Translations under genes and position numbers: made by a program
Assembly: GCA_051294905.1 (NCBI GenBank)
Contig: CM119372.1
Coordinates: 10,728,001 to 10,788,000, forward strand
DNA length: 60,000 nucleotides
From: Botryllus schlosseri
Taxonomy: Eukaryota
Direction: 5' to 3'
Part shown: in pieces, positions 1-12,943 of the stretch
Numbering within the stretch: the stretch's first letter is position 1
How the letters are laid out: every line of letters starts with the position of its first letter
Notes under the pieces: model-generated
Told to the model about the DNA's origin: nothing
What the model saw: the letters and a program-made list of their open reading frames with translations, nothing else
The model's database searches: none

Positions 1-168
1 AGATCCCGACCGATATCAGATTTTTCTGCCGATACCTATCTTGCTTAAGTGCGTTTTCAAAACTCCAATGCATTTATTTGTAAAGCTTTCCAGCCATTAC
101 CATGCTTGGGCAATGGGCATGAAATAAACTAGAGAGGCTGCGTCTGGACACTTGTATGCTATATAAGA

Positions 169-1082
169 CACGGGCGGCCAACCCGTGGCCCGCGAGAAGG
201 TTTTGTGTGGCCCCCGAGGTAATTCCGGAAATTAGTTATAATATCAGGTAGAATTGCAAGGCCAACCAAAATTTGATTAGCCTGACCGCGAAATGTGATG
301 ATGACTAAAACATCAGTTCCGACACATTGGCGCTACCAGGGGCCAGCCACATTTATCGCAGATCTCGCTTGTGCGCTGGCAGCGAGATCGTCGGCGATGA
401 AACATCTGCCACAAATAATTGAAGCATGTTCGCCTCTAAACCTTCGATATTGCTATGTCTAAACGCCGGAAAATCCTGTCCTCGCCGAACGAGGCCAGTG
501 GTATACAGAGGCGACTCCCCCAATATATGCAAGTAACATATTTATTGATTAACGTAAGACCTTGATAGTTTCCACACCCTATTTCACGTCCACTTGTATG
601 ATTATAACTTTATTATAGTTACACGAGCTTTCGGAGCTCTACTCCTTCATCATGTGATAAGGTGCTTTATCACCGGATGTAGGAGCAGAGCTCCGGAAGC
701 TCGTGTAACTATAATAAAGTTATAATCATACAAGTGGACGTTAAATAGGGTGTGGAAGCTATCAAGGTCTTACTTTTATATATACCGACTGCTATCGGCA
801 CAACAACGTATATTTATTGATGGAATTCATTCATTATCTTTGAAAACATTTCGCGATTCGCGCGACCAGAACATGAATGCGCACTGCATGGTTCCACACT
901 GAGTTTTCATGACATAATTGTTATCAATTTTAAATCGTAGTAATATAAGTCTTGTTTCAACGTGACCTAATTCTGTTCGCTCCAATCGGACGACTAAAAA
1001 AGGGTCATCAACATTCAAGTGGCCCGCGCAATCGTTTGTAAATCTCATCTGGCCCTTTGGCCGAAAAGGTTGACCACCCCTG
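169..1082. mobile_element. Non-autonomous hAT-like DNA transposon
   Basis: Imperfect TIRs cacgggcggccaacc / ggttgaccacccctg, subterminal GGCCCGC motifs, and 8-bp TSD atataaga (161-168, 1083-1090). A related copy lies at ~3983-4675. Confidence 0.85.
554..773. repeat. Foldback (~105-bp inverted arms) resembling Penelope-like element termini, each arm with a decayed minimal hammerhead motif
   Basis: gtaagaccttgatag...acacgagctttcggagctc is mirrored by gagctccggaagctcgtgt...ctatcaaggtcttac. The minus-strand arm reads cacATGATGAaggagtagagctccGAAAgctcgtg. Confidence 0.7.
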
Positions 1083-1371
1083 ATATAAGACATCTATGAA
1101 TATTCCCAGTCTAACAGTCGCACGTTATATTTTCTGTGACTGCCTACTACCATGTGGTGACGTCACGTATTTACCGATACATTGCCGATAATTCCTTCAA
1201 AATCTGATATCGACGCGATATTATCGGCGAACCGATAAAAATAATCTGTCGTGCTTTCATTTTAGTAGGTCAATTACCACCTTATGGTTGAAGTTATCGT
1301 GATTTGTAGTCTGGTACAGCCGTTGCATCCGATTCATTATCGCTGCTTATAAGAATTCCTAGCCATATATC

Positions 1372-1848
1372 TAGGGTTGCATTTAAAACAAACAGTGTTT
1401 TAAACAATTGCCGTTTTATAAAAAAACAAAATTGTGTTTGCGTTTTTTTCAAACGTTGTATATTTATGTCATAATTGTGTAAATACTTTCGAAATAACAT
1501 GCAATATGAGCCGACGGACGATTTGCAATATTATACGATGTGGAGTGGCTGGAACCCTCGAAATCGCCGTCGGTTCAGCAGTTATAGCAAATAGATATCC
1601 GTCATTGGCACGGAATGGGTGTTTTGATGATGATGACCACCTACCGTAAAAATGCTGCATAACGCTGTAGTCCTGCATGACTAAAGATATTTTGGTCGAA
1701 GGGGCCATATTTTTCCTATATTTTCTATGGCAATCCACCGTGACGTCACACTTAAACATTCGTGACGCCATGGCCGAAAAAAACACAATAAAAATCAAGT
1801 TTTAAACATGTTTGTTTTAAATCGATTTTTGTTTTAAACGCAACCCTA
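1372..1848. mobile_element. MITE, TAGGGTTGCATTTAAAAC family
   Basis: TIRs tagggttgcatttaaaac / gttttaaacgcaacccta. Homologous copies at 30211-30578 and 59774-60000. Confidence 0.8.
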
Positions 1849-2461
1849 CACATTACGATTCTGTACGGCATTTACATCCAACAGGCACAGCATACCATTT
1901 GTAAATATACGTACAGATCAAATATTGAATTGACGACACCATAGTATATTTTTTACGGGTACTATGATATCATGTTGTCATTATCCCGTCTGTCGAACTA
2001 TAGCGATTGTAGGTTGGCCGCGCCTTGTCTCGGGTGTATCCTGTAATGGATTCTATACGCTATCATTTGAAGTAGATTTCAACCAATTTCGAGACGTGAC
2101 GAAGTTAACTCGCGCAATTACCATGCTGCTCGTGCGTATCCACAATTCCGTGATGTATGCTGCATTGAATCTACTCTCCTGACTGCCAATCATGATTTCG
2201 TGGTGCTTTGTGATTTTAAGTATGACTTTCAGCAGAAAGCGTACTTGTCGACTGACGAGTGTCAAGTATGTTTATTGTTTTCGGGCGCAGGATAGCAAGC
2301 TTCGTATTCGACCTACTTTATTCTCAAGAAGCCGTGCAGTTCATGTTAAGATGATACGACTGTTGTCGTCAATTGAACCGAGATATGTGTCCATTATTAT
2401 GTCTTCCCAGGAATTTCGTATGAACTAACTATAACGATTCACGAACGATATCTTTATTTAG

Positions 2462-5187
2462 GATCGTTCGCAGAAGGATACGAAAGACGGATCCAAATCG
2501 ATCGTAATGCAGCTTATTACCAATCGTTCATATCTCATATACTGTCTTTCCCAAGTGGTATTTCTCGCCGGTTTTCTGTGCAATCAACTCTACATCGTTC
2601 CGTACGCCGTGATCGAGGTACCGCTTTACCTTTATTGCGGGGGATATCGATTGTCAGATATCACGTCTTTTTCGGGCGACAGGTCGGGATACCTAAGATA
2701 CAAGCGTCGTTTCTCATGTCGATTGGGGCGGTATGCGAAATCGTGTCGAGGATCTTGTTCGGTCTCCTGGGCGATGTTCAAGGGTAAGCAGAGGCGGTCA
2801 GTAACGAAATACTTCCACTTTTTGGAGTACTCTTGTAAGCTTTTCCTTGTAATATAATTACTCAACTGGTTCTAATTTTATGTTGCACATCTCCACCCAC
2901 TTGAACAGTTTTGTAGGCAAAACTTGAGTACCAACGCTGACAACTTTGATCACCTCTGAGGGTAAGCAATCTAGACACAATATGAATGACCCGTCGGTTT
3001 GACTTATGTTACCAGCCTACCACCAAAACGCAGTCCGCAGTGACTGCCGGTGTTAGAGTATAATCATGCGTCTCCGAAACTTCGCTGGGTTGTGCACAAA
3101 AGCAGATATAGTCAAGGAATATCAGCGCTGCTACTCAAGTAGAAGTCGAAATAGCGTAAATTTAGTTGATGAAGCTATTTTCAAAATTACTTCAAGTGTA
3201 AGTATACAATGATAGGATTGGGAAATACTCAAGAAAGTGCTTTAAAAAACTAGATTCGGTTTAGGGTTCCGTACTTGCAGCAGTTCATTGGAGCTGACTA
3301 TACTTTCGATATTGCGAGATATGTCTTCGCGACTAACGAGAAATTACCAATAACTAAACAATTGTAGCCTAATCTTCGACAGTGTATCCGTTACCAGAAT
3401 ACAGGAGCTATTTCATGCGGATCATGTGACACTTTCGCCCATACAAGCGAGGCAAACTTATCATCAAACACTTTATACTTGTGATAATTGAAATTGCAAA
3501 TAAAGCATGTAGTTTTGCATGGGTGCTTATGCACTGGAATGCAGCCGTAGACTGCATAAGTAATCGAAAGGCGGCTGTGAATAACAAAAAGGTTGTCCAC
3601 CCCTGCATTACAACATATTAAGAAATCGGGATGGGCTGTTACTGGTATCCACGCTGAGAGGGGTAGAGGTCAAATATATGTTGATTGTTATTTTCGACGC
3701 GGTTAGATTCAGTGTGTGACAATCACGACGCCCCACTCCTTTCTATATATTGTACGGTACAGCCTTACAGGATAAGCATTTGCTGGCCAATATGCATGCC
3801 GGATTCATGCTAAGAAAATTACTTATTTGGCTTGCAGGATTGACAGAATATGGTTATTCACGTTCGTCTTGTTCATATTGTCATTCTCGGCAGCGCTACT
3901 GCCCCTCATGAAGACGTTTACCAGCGTTGCTGCCATGATTGCATTTACCGGACTCTTCCAGGTATGTGTGTGTATGTCCACATGTGGCCCGCGAGAAGGT
4001 CTTGAGTGGCCCGCGAGGTAATTTCCGAAATTTATAATATCAAAAATGGATTGCACAGATTGTGAACTTGCAAGGCCAACCAAAAATTTGATTAGTTTGG
4101 CCGCAACACTTGAGATGTGATGACTAAAATATCAGTTCCGACGCATTGACAGATCCATCAGCCAGTCACATGCACATATTGGTATATCTTCGTACACTAC
4201 AATAAAGCAGAATATTTTGCGATAGATTTATCAAAAGTAAAAATTTTCTACAAGCTTAGCGCAACATGTTGTCACTCGATTCCTTGTTTTTAATATTGTT
4301 GCCCTTTTTGTGAAAATGGAAGAACGCCTAATGTATCAGATTGAGTCAAACTATATTCGCGATTACGAGACAAAGTGTCTTTCAGCACATTGGTCCTTGC
4401 GTTTGCGCTCGCAGTAAGATCGTTGACTATGAAACCTAGGCACGGAAAGATTGACGTATGTTGGTCGCAGCTTTCGATATCGATGTCCGTGCGCCGAATA
4501 GCCCAGTCCTCGTAAACTTAGCCCAGCGATATACGGCAGGCCCGCAATATAGCCAAGTGACAATATTATTGACCTATGAACTTCAAAATATTTTCGCGCT
4601 TCGCGCGGTAAGTGGCCCGCGCAATGTTTCGTCAATCGAATGTGGCCCTTTGGCTGAAAAGGTTGGCCAGCCCTGATATAGCCTAACCATAATTCGTCAT
4701 TGCGAACCTCATTGTTTTACCAATAGGAGAACCAAAGCATTGAGCAACGTGTACAAAATTGTAGTGCTCTCACTTATCATATCCATCCAGGGTGGATTCT
4801 CCGGTATGTCAGTCGTCATTTTAGCGGATATCGTCGGGTTAAAACCCTACGCTGCCGGCCTCGGAATTTCCACAATGTTGAATGGCATTGGAACTTTGGT
4901 CACTCCCCCGATCGCAGGTTAGCGACAATGCGCCTATGTTGCCCACCAACTGTATATAGTTGTGAAAATCGCATTATCTTCGTAGGACGCTTCGTTGACA
5001 TCACTGGAAAACCAAGCACCGCTCTCTTCATAAGTGCCGGTATTTTACTTTCCGGTGCTCTGCTGTCAGCAATGATAAAGGTGTGTTCTCAATTATAGTA
5101 ATCGCTTGCGATTCTCAATAACGTTCTGTGCAGGTAAGCTTACGTTACGAACGTAAGTCTGCCGAGTCGTCATCTGCCAAAGATTGA
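2462..5187 (+). CDS. Monocarboxylate transporter (SLC16/MCT family, MFS), C-terminal half; 5' exons not identified
   Basis: GT-AG exons 2462-2617, 2683-2783, 3838-3961, 4791-4917, 4986-5080 and 5134-5187 splice in frame to ...YLIYCLSQVVFLAGFLCNQLYIVPYAVIEVGIPKIQASFLMSIGAVCEIVSRILFGLLGD...GGFSGMSVVILADIVGLKPYAAGLGISTMLNGIGTLVTPPIAGRFVDITG..., matching MCT TM7-12 motifs. Confidence 0.88.
3983..4675. mobile_element. hAT-like non-autonomous element in MCT intron (same family as 169-1082; left end eroded)
   Basis: Start tgtggcccgcgagaagg and end ggctgaaaaggttggccagcccctg-like terminus align with 169-1082. Confidence 0.75.
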
Positions 5188-5349
5188 ATGTCAATCATGG
5201 CGTTCTTCAACACAAAGTTCAAGATCCGCGCCAGCAATGAGGTGCTTGCGAACGCAAAAGATGGATCGGTTGCTACCACCCAGCTGATTGCGAAGAAAGA
5301 GAATATATGAATTTCCCCAATATCACGAGATTGATATATTTATTTATAC

Positions 5350-5760
5350 TAAGGTTACCATATTTTGGAAATCTGAAAAGAAGACACTTTTCAAAATTTT
5401 TAGACTTACAATGATGGAGTAAAATCCGGAGAAATCGGTAAATTTTTCCCGAGTTTGTAGTTGGTTGACTAAAAAAGGTCATCTTTCTCGCTCGACTCCC
5501 AGAATACTGACTTTCTGTGACATGTTCCGGTGGTTCACTAAAAAACAGCTAATTTTTCTGGCTAAGTCCCGAAAAACCCGCCAGACCGTTACTTGAGCGC
5601 TGATTTCCTATATCTCAGTTCAATTTCCACGTATACATTTAACCAAAATCTTCAAAAAAGAGGACATATTTTTAGAAACGACATTTAGGCGTCCTCCTCC
5701 TTTCAAAAAAGTTTTTAAAAAAGAGGATAAATTCTCTTCAGAGGATGTACGGTATCCCTA
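5350..5760. mobile_element. MITE, TAGGGTTACCAT family
   Basis: TIRs taaggttaccat / ggtatcccta and TSD atttatac (5342-5349, 5761-5768). An inverted copy is at 12155-12546. Confidence 0.82.
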
Positions 5761-6563
5761 ATTTATACGTGTTATGATATCGCGATAGAACAGTGTGATC
5801 ATTCCCAGATCGTTGGTCACCGATTTCTGAACAATTTCAGTTGTATATACGCCAGTAGTTGCAAGAGATAGTAAAAATGCGTTATACATATTTAGCTGTG
5901 TGTTCAGAGTACTTATTTCACTTTTACCAGCGGTTCTCAGAGACATGACTGTCACCTGGGTGAAAATTATTTGTGTCAGGGAGGGATTACTCCAACGCTA
6001 TGCCATTACAAAACATCGCGAACACAGATAACGTACCGTTCCGATCTTCCACTCCAACATGTCTAGAGACCAGTGCTCAGCGGGCGTATGATAAAATCCA
6101 GGCCGTACCAGAATATTTAAAATGTATATCACTTTTATGTGCTGTACAAGATACCGCGACTAGGACTAAATGAAAGTTTAATAAGAATTTTCATCAATGC
6201 AACACACTACAAGACTGCGATACAACGAAAAGATAGAAAAGTGTCGAAACGACTTGGAGTAGCCTCTGAAATCAGACACCCATCCGGGCCGGGTAAAGAG
6301 GAGGCATGCATACGCACACTGAAAAGTATAACAAGATAATACAAAAAGACAGGCGACAAAATGAGTTGGCATGATGACGGAAGGCAATAAGATCGATACG
6401 TCAGGCCGTAGTCCGGTAAACTGAAGGGCTGACTACGCAGTTATTTTACTCTAGATTTAGTGTATTTTAACTTTACTTTTCATTGAATGTGTATCTGCAT
6501 GCCTCCTTTTTTACGTCGCCTAGGCCAGGTGGTTGTCTGATCTCGAAGACTATGTACTCCAAG

Positions 6564-8159
6564 CAGAGTTGGATCAATTGTAATTTGTAATTGAGCTGAA
6601 TGTGATTAATTACATTTTTCATGTAATTGTAATTGAAGCATTTCTATTTTGTGTAATTGTAATTGTAATTTGATCAAAATTTTGCCCAATTGCAATCTCA
6701 ATTACATTTTCATGGAAACCTGACAATCACAACATAAAATAATCATTTTATCAATCACTTATTCGTCGCACCAGTGAAAATCCGGTGCGAACCAGGATGA
6801 CGACGAGGGGCCTTAAAATCCTTAGTAAACAGTCACCACATGTAATAATTAGCCTATTTACATCGGTGTTCTATGCGTGCTGCGTTGTAACTAGATAATT
6901 CAGTCACGCTAAACTGTTTCCAATACTTCACTAGCAACAGCAAACTTTGTTAATTACAATATAGGCTAAGCCAGTGGTTCTCAAACTGGGGGCGTGCTCC
7001 CTTGGGCGGCGTGAAAGCATCTGAACGGGACGCGACGCTCCAGTGAACTGAAATCTTTTCCGCCCTTGGCCCGATTAACCTCCGTTTTATGGTTATTGCT
7101 CGGTGTATAGTCTGAATTTCGTATTGGAGAATTCTCTCATCAACAGTCATAACCTTCCATACCATCAAACTATATATAGGGTTTGCTAACTTTCTGGTTT
7201 CATTGTGTGCTATGACGATAAGGGGGGCACGAAATATTCACTGTCATAATGAGGGGGCGTGTCTAAAAAAGTTAGAGAACCAGTGGGCTAAACTATATCT
7301 TAATATTTTAAAAATGGATGAACAGCAAATAAACTCTGCTGAAACCTGTGCTGAACCATTTCCTACACCACGGTCAAAGTTTTTTTAATCTCTGACCAGT
7401 ACCGAGGCTTGTTGTAACAATAGCAAAAAAAATTCAAGTTTCCAACCAAGGCTTCATCTAACTTGATCACGCATTTGTAGAGATGTTATCCCAATCTTGG
7501 CCAAATTTACTGAGGCCAGAAACTTTTCGCATCCTAATGTTCATCAAATGCAATCTAACAGTTTCCGAGCAAGTGAAAATGTAAATGCGAACCAAAATAT
7601 TGTAATTATTAGTTATCAGGAGGTTCTCTCCTTTTGCATTTATTTTAATTTTACGCACCTTATCGGTATCCTCCTCATCGCTGACGCCTTACCAATTACA
7701 TTTCATTATCCTGACTCAGCTCTATGTAGCCTAATCGTTTGATTATATTACATTGACTGTTCTGTAGCCTATTCTCTGTTAGTCGCTCAAACCTGCGGTT
7801 CTTAACAGTCGCTTGAAACATTTTTCTGTGCTTGTAGTTTTCAGTACTCATGATTAGGAATAGTTCGAATACGTTCGAGTTTTTTTAATTAAAGGATAAT
7901 CTACATATCAGGAATGAAACATGAATAGTTTGAGATTGTTGCTAATTACGTCGCTACGGCTGTCAAAGAACACCTCTTTACTGAATCACTTACCTGTTTG
8001 AAAGTAATTGTAATTATAATTGGAATTACTACATATTTAACAGTAATTGCAATTGTAATTTGATATTTTTAGCATTGAGTAAATGTAATTGTAATGTAAT
8101 TGAAACATGCAAGGAAGTAATTGTAATTGAATTAAAATCTTGTAATTGATCCAACTCTG
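6564..8159. mobile_element. hAT-like non-autonomous element with (GTAATT)n subterminal arrays, inserted in a LINE 3'-end fragment
   Basis: TIRs cagagttggatcaatt / aattgatccaactctg and perfect TSD actccaag (6556-6563, 8160-8167). Confidence 0.88.
6972..7285. mobile_element. Nested hAT (Charlie-like) MITE
   Basis: TIRs cagtggttctcaaac / gttagagaaccagtg and TSD ggctaagc / ggctaaac. Confidence 0.8.
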
Positions 8160-8399
8160 ACTCCAAGTCGTTTTGACACCTTCATATTTTTCATCGCAGT
8201 CTTGTGGTGTATTGAAATGACAAAAAATATATTTTTAGCAATAACTTGAATCGATGACCTAGTGTTCTAGTGTATTTTTTCCAAATTTTGACGAATTTAT
8301 CAAGCGTTTTTTCTCGAAAAAATATTTGTAAATGAGGATGCTATTCTGATGTGCTTCAAATAATTTTTATACTTGAAGAGATAGCAATTAATATTCGTC

Positions 8400-9316
8400 T
8401 ACACTTGCTCATTTCACACTAGAGCCAACCCAATAGTGAATAGGACAATGCCGTGCTTGCCACACATTTCCATCGGTAGCAGACCGTTTAATATCCTGAG
8501 GTCAAATCCAGGACTGGCAGATTATAAACCAGATCATAGTATGGGTGACGTTTATAGGACAAAAACTGAGATCTACCAAGCCAGCCGTCAAGCTTGCAGT
8601 CCGACCCGTTTTCAAGTCCCAGAAATCGAAATTCCATTACTCACTCGAAGCGAACAGGATAGGGTATCTTGCCCTAATTGACTGGAGCCAATGTTGAATG
8701 GTTACCAAAGGTATTTGTTTAGCCCGGCGATATAGTTACATTATGGCATCCTCTGTTGGGGGGCTGCCAGTAAAACTGCACTCAAGCCACTGCAGAAACT
8801 ACAGCATAAAGTGCTCCGAATCATAACTAGGGCCCCAAAGGGGCCTGGCTGCCCATCCAATAAGTCGCTGCTGAAGAGATTCGGCGTCCTAAACATAGAA
8901 GATATGCGGTAACTAGAAATCGCCAAGTTTATGTATCAGTTTCACTGCGGTCGTTGGCCCGAATATTTCAATGACTTCTTTACCTCTGAATCAAAAGCGC
9001 ACAAGTACAACACACGCGCGTCCACGTCGTCCAAATATCATATGATCGACCGAAAAGATCATCGCTCCATCAAATATGCCGGACCTGATGTGTGGAACAG
9101 TATCCCGACGGCCATCCGACAGTCGACGAGCATGTCCACATTCAAGTCGAAATGCAAGCAATTACTACTAAATAAATACAGTCCATCCTCAAGATTACCG
9201 GACCACGACTGACCTATGGATCTCGCTTCCCATGACATGCCGCCCTATTTCTTGTCGCATTCTTCTTCTATACTATCTTCTTTACTTTCATTCAGTGTGC
9301 AATGCACACTGTGCAT
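8400..9316 (+). mobile_element. Decayed CR1/L2-clade LINE: ORF2 C-terminus and start of 3' UTR
   Basis: Translates with in-frame stops to LHYGILCWGAASKTALKPLQKLQHKVLRII...FMYQ...HKYNTR...RSIKYAGPDVWNSIPTAIRQSTSMSTFKSKCKQLL, typical of the post-RT region of CR1/L2 LINEs. The 3' UTR continues at 11644-11667 and 12952-13095. Confidence 0.8.
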
Positions 9317-11635
9317 TAGGGTGGAGTGAAAATGACTTTTTTTTTTCAAATCAAAAAAGGCCTTCCTCAATCCTGACAAATGACCTAAAACTTCAATTAA
9401 AAGTGACTTCAGGGTGTTGCCCCTATTTTCCAGCCGGCAACCCCCCAATTTCTGCGCGTGGGGGGTAAAATGGCCCATCTTGGCAACCGCTGGTCGTAGA
9501 GTCATGATATATAGCTCAAAATCTGCGGAAGCGTCATGTTTCTATCTGTCTTCTGAAGAAAGTTTTCTCTATTGTGAACACAAAATGAGTTATAGCCAAA
9601 AAACTATATATACGCACATTTTTGTTGAAATTCAGCATTTATTCTGACGAATTGTGATCTGTCATTAGTTTTTTTATAAAGTAAAGTAACACAGTGGCAA
9701 TACCGAATATTGGGCCCATATTACAAATATATTCACAACACAGTCCTTTTAAAATCGGTTCAAAACATCATAATGAAACACTCACATTTAACGACTTTTA
9801 TTAAAAATGCATTCTTTTGTCAAGTTGTTTCATCAGTTTACGAGACTTAATTTTTCGGCGAATGAGGCCATCTCGTCTTTGAAATCCCGAAACTAGTGCT
9901 GATGCTTCTGTTACGAGCTTTACATGTCGTTCCACTGTTTGATTGTGGCATGGATGAAACAAAATCAGAGGCTTCTCGCGGCATTCTTCTAACTCTGCAT
10001 CAGTTAAGTGCTCAATCGTTGGAGGAAGTTGTTGATAAGGTTCAATATCAACCAATTCGTGGTATGCCTTGGCTTTGGGACACAGAATAAACGAATAGGA
10101 CCCCAGTTCAATTGGTTGGAACTGCTATGACTTTCAATGTCCTTAAGTGAATTTTATTCAGCGGCATGTTTTCGAAACGCAAGCACCTTGGTCACACCCT
10201 TATTTCGTATGTCTTCATTATCATCTACCAGCATTGCAATCATAATATTTTCGGGGTGTGCGGAATAACCGTTTCTTATCACCACATTCGGAGCAATTTT
10301 TCGAACGTTTCGGTCAGAGAAATTCAAAACCTGTTTAATCAAGTTGCAGATGTTTCTGGGTCCATGTGTTATATGTTTGTTTCCCTTGATTTCAAACCAA
10401 GTTGAAAATATACTTCAAGGCAAAAACGAACCAGAATCTCCAGGTTTAAAGGCGGTTCATTAACTGTTACATAATACCGTAAAACTCTGCACTGCATCCT
10501 AAAGTTAGCCATCACTTAATGCGCAACCGGTGGTCCAACCTCCAAGTAAGCCAGATCATCATCAGCATTTCCTTGAATAATTGCCCAGCACATTTATAAG
10601 CATATAACTGGTCCTCACTTAAGTCACTAACAATTTCCTATGGGAGCTTTTGAAAGGCCATAAGTGGTGGCGAGAGCTTTTTGAATTGAGTAACTGGCCA
10701 ACAAGATACACTTCCACGTTGTTTTTTTCAATTGGGTGTGACCAAGGTGCTGGCGATTCGAAAACATGCCGCTGAATAAAATTCACTCCTGGACATTGAG
10801 AGTCATAGCGGTTCCAACCAATTGAACTGCGGTCCTGTTCGTTTATTCTGCGTCTCAAAGTTGAACTTGGAAGCAAAGGTATACCACGAGTTGGTTGATA
10901 TTGAACCTTATATCAACAACTTTCTCCAGCGATTGAGCACTTAACTGATGCAGAGTTAGAAGAATGCCGCGAGAAGCCTCTGATTTTGTTTCATCCATGC
11001 CGCAATCAAACAGTGCATGGAACATCATGTAAAGGTCGTAACAGAAGCATCAGGGCACGTTTCGGGATTTCAAAGACGAGATGGCCTCATTCGCCGAAAA
11101 ATTAAGTCTCGTAAACTGATGAAAAAACTTGACAAAAGAATGCATTTTTATTATAAGACGTTCAATGTGAATGTTTCATTATGATGTTTTGAACCGATTT
11201 TAAAAGGACTGTGTTGTGAATATATTTGTAATATGGGCCCAATATTCGGTATTGCCAGTGTGTTACTTTACTTTTAAAAAAAACTAATGACAGATCACAA
11301 TTCGTCAGAATAAATGCTGAATTTCAACAAAAATGTGCGTATATATAGTTTTTTGGCTATAACTCATTTTGTGTTCACAATAGAGAAAACTTTCTTCAGA
11401 AGACAGATAGAAACATGATGCTTCCGCAGATTTTGAGCTATATATCATGACTCTACGACCAGCGGTTGCCGAGATGGGCCATTTTACCCCCCCACGCGCA
11501 GAAATTGGGGGGTTGCCGGCTGGAAAATGGGGGCAACACCCTGAAGTCACTTTTGATTGAAGTTTTAGGTCATTTGTCAGGATTGAGGAAGGCCTTTTTT
11601 GATTTGAAAAAAAAAGTCATTTTCACTCCACCCTA
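9317..11635. mobile_element. hAT (hATm-like) derivative with ~750-bp inverted arms and a broken transposase
   Basis: Ends tagggtggagtgaaaatgac / gtcattttcactccacccta and TSD ctgtgcat (9309-9316, 11636-11643). Minus-strand transposase remnants include RNGYSAHPENIMIAMLVD and FHPCHNQTVERHVKLVTEAS. Confidence 0.88.
9801..10700 (-). pseudogene. Frameshifted hAT-type transposase fragment (C-terminal part)
   Basis: ORF pieces 10154-10342 and 9801-10055 carry the C-terminal 'CHNQxVERxVKLVTEAS' motif, and the reading frame is broken between them. Confidence 0.75.
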
Positions 11636-11667
11636 CTGTGCATGCCTCCTCTTTACATCGCCTAGGC

Positions 11668-12943
11668 CAGGGGCGGGCAACTTCTCCAGTCGGCGGGCCG
11701 GATATAGGAAAATTAAGTGCTTGGCGGGCCGGATTGCACATTATTCTCCCATTCATCCACATATAGGCTACAACGAATAAATCGTATTAAATGAATGTAT
11801 TTTAACGACAGCAATGCCACTTCAAAGCCGTTACTCGCCGATAATGACGACGACAATGTGAATTTGAGAATAGCATCGTCATACAGGCACCACCATATCT
11901 GCTTCTATCGATCAATCAACACACGGTGCAATCCCTAATTAAGATTTCAAGGCGTTCGATAACCCCGGTACCCCTAATTTACGTAGATATCAATTCATTA
12001 GGGTGGAGTAGGTGATGAGATAACGTCGTTGTTCAACTGTGTGGCCAGATTATTCTCGGTATTGAATTCATGAGGTCCGCGTCCTCTACGAAATTTGAAA
12101 AGTGGCCTGCGACCCGTTTTGAGTAGGCGACCCCTGGTATAAGCGGTGTCTTACTAGGGTTACCATGCGTCCTCTTTTAAGAGGATTTGTCCTCTTTTTT
12201 GACTTTTATGAAAGTGTCCTCGTAGGATGCCCAAATGTCCTCTTTTTGGAGAATTTTGGTTAAATACATGGCAAAGTCGACTGAGATACAGTAAATTAGC
12301 ACTGAAGTAACGCTCCAGCGGTTATTTCGGGAGATGAGCCGGAAAGTTGACCTTTTTTTTAGTCAACCAACTGGTAATGTGAAAGGAAAAACTGTATTGG
12401 GCGAGAAAGTTGACCTTTCTTTTATTAGTCAACGGACCACGAAGTGGGAAAAATTTACCATATTTCCCGATTTTCCTCCGGTTTTGTAAGTCTGAAAATT
12501 TTAAAAAAGTGTCCTCTTTTCAGATTTCCAAAATATGGTAACCCTATGTCTTACAAAAGCCTAGAAAAGTGCCGCGGTACAATAAGTCGGCTGTTACGGA
12601 ATGAAAAATAAGAAATATCAGCCAGGTCTAAATTACCATTGTAGTCGACAAACACCATGATTACCACAAACGACATTATGGTTGAGTACATCGTAAATGC
12701 CGATAATGCAAATCTTCTCGCTTCGGCAAACTTACGCGTAACCTCCACTCTCGCACTCTGCGCATACAAGTACATCATAACATACAGTCACTAAATTTGG
12801 AGGTAGTAAGCAAGTAGTGGGAAAGCTCGGCAGACTGGGGCCGCGCCCCACATTATCATGTTAGACGGAAAACTCTCCGCGGGCCGGACAAAATCCCTTC
12901 GCGGGCCGGATCCGGCCCGCGGGCCGTATGTTGCCCACCCCTG
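11668..12943. mobile_element. hAT-like non-autonomous element inserted in LINE 3' UTR, with nested MITE at 12155-12546
   Basis: TIRs caggggcgggcaac / gttgcccacccctg and perfect TSD gcctaggc (11660-11667, 12944-12951). Confidence 0.85.
12155..12546. mobile_element. MITE, TAGGGTTACCAT family (nested)
   Basis: TIRs tagggttaccat / atggtaacccta and TSD tgtcttac on both sides. Confidence 0.88.
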
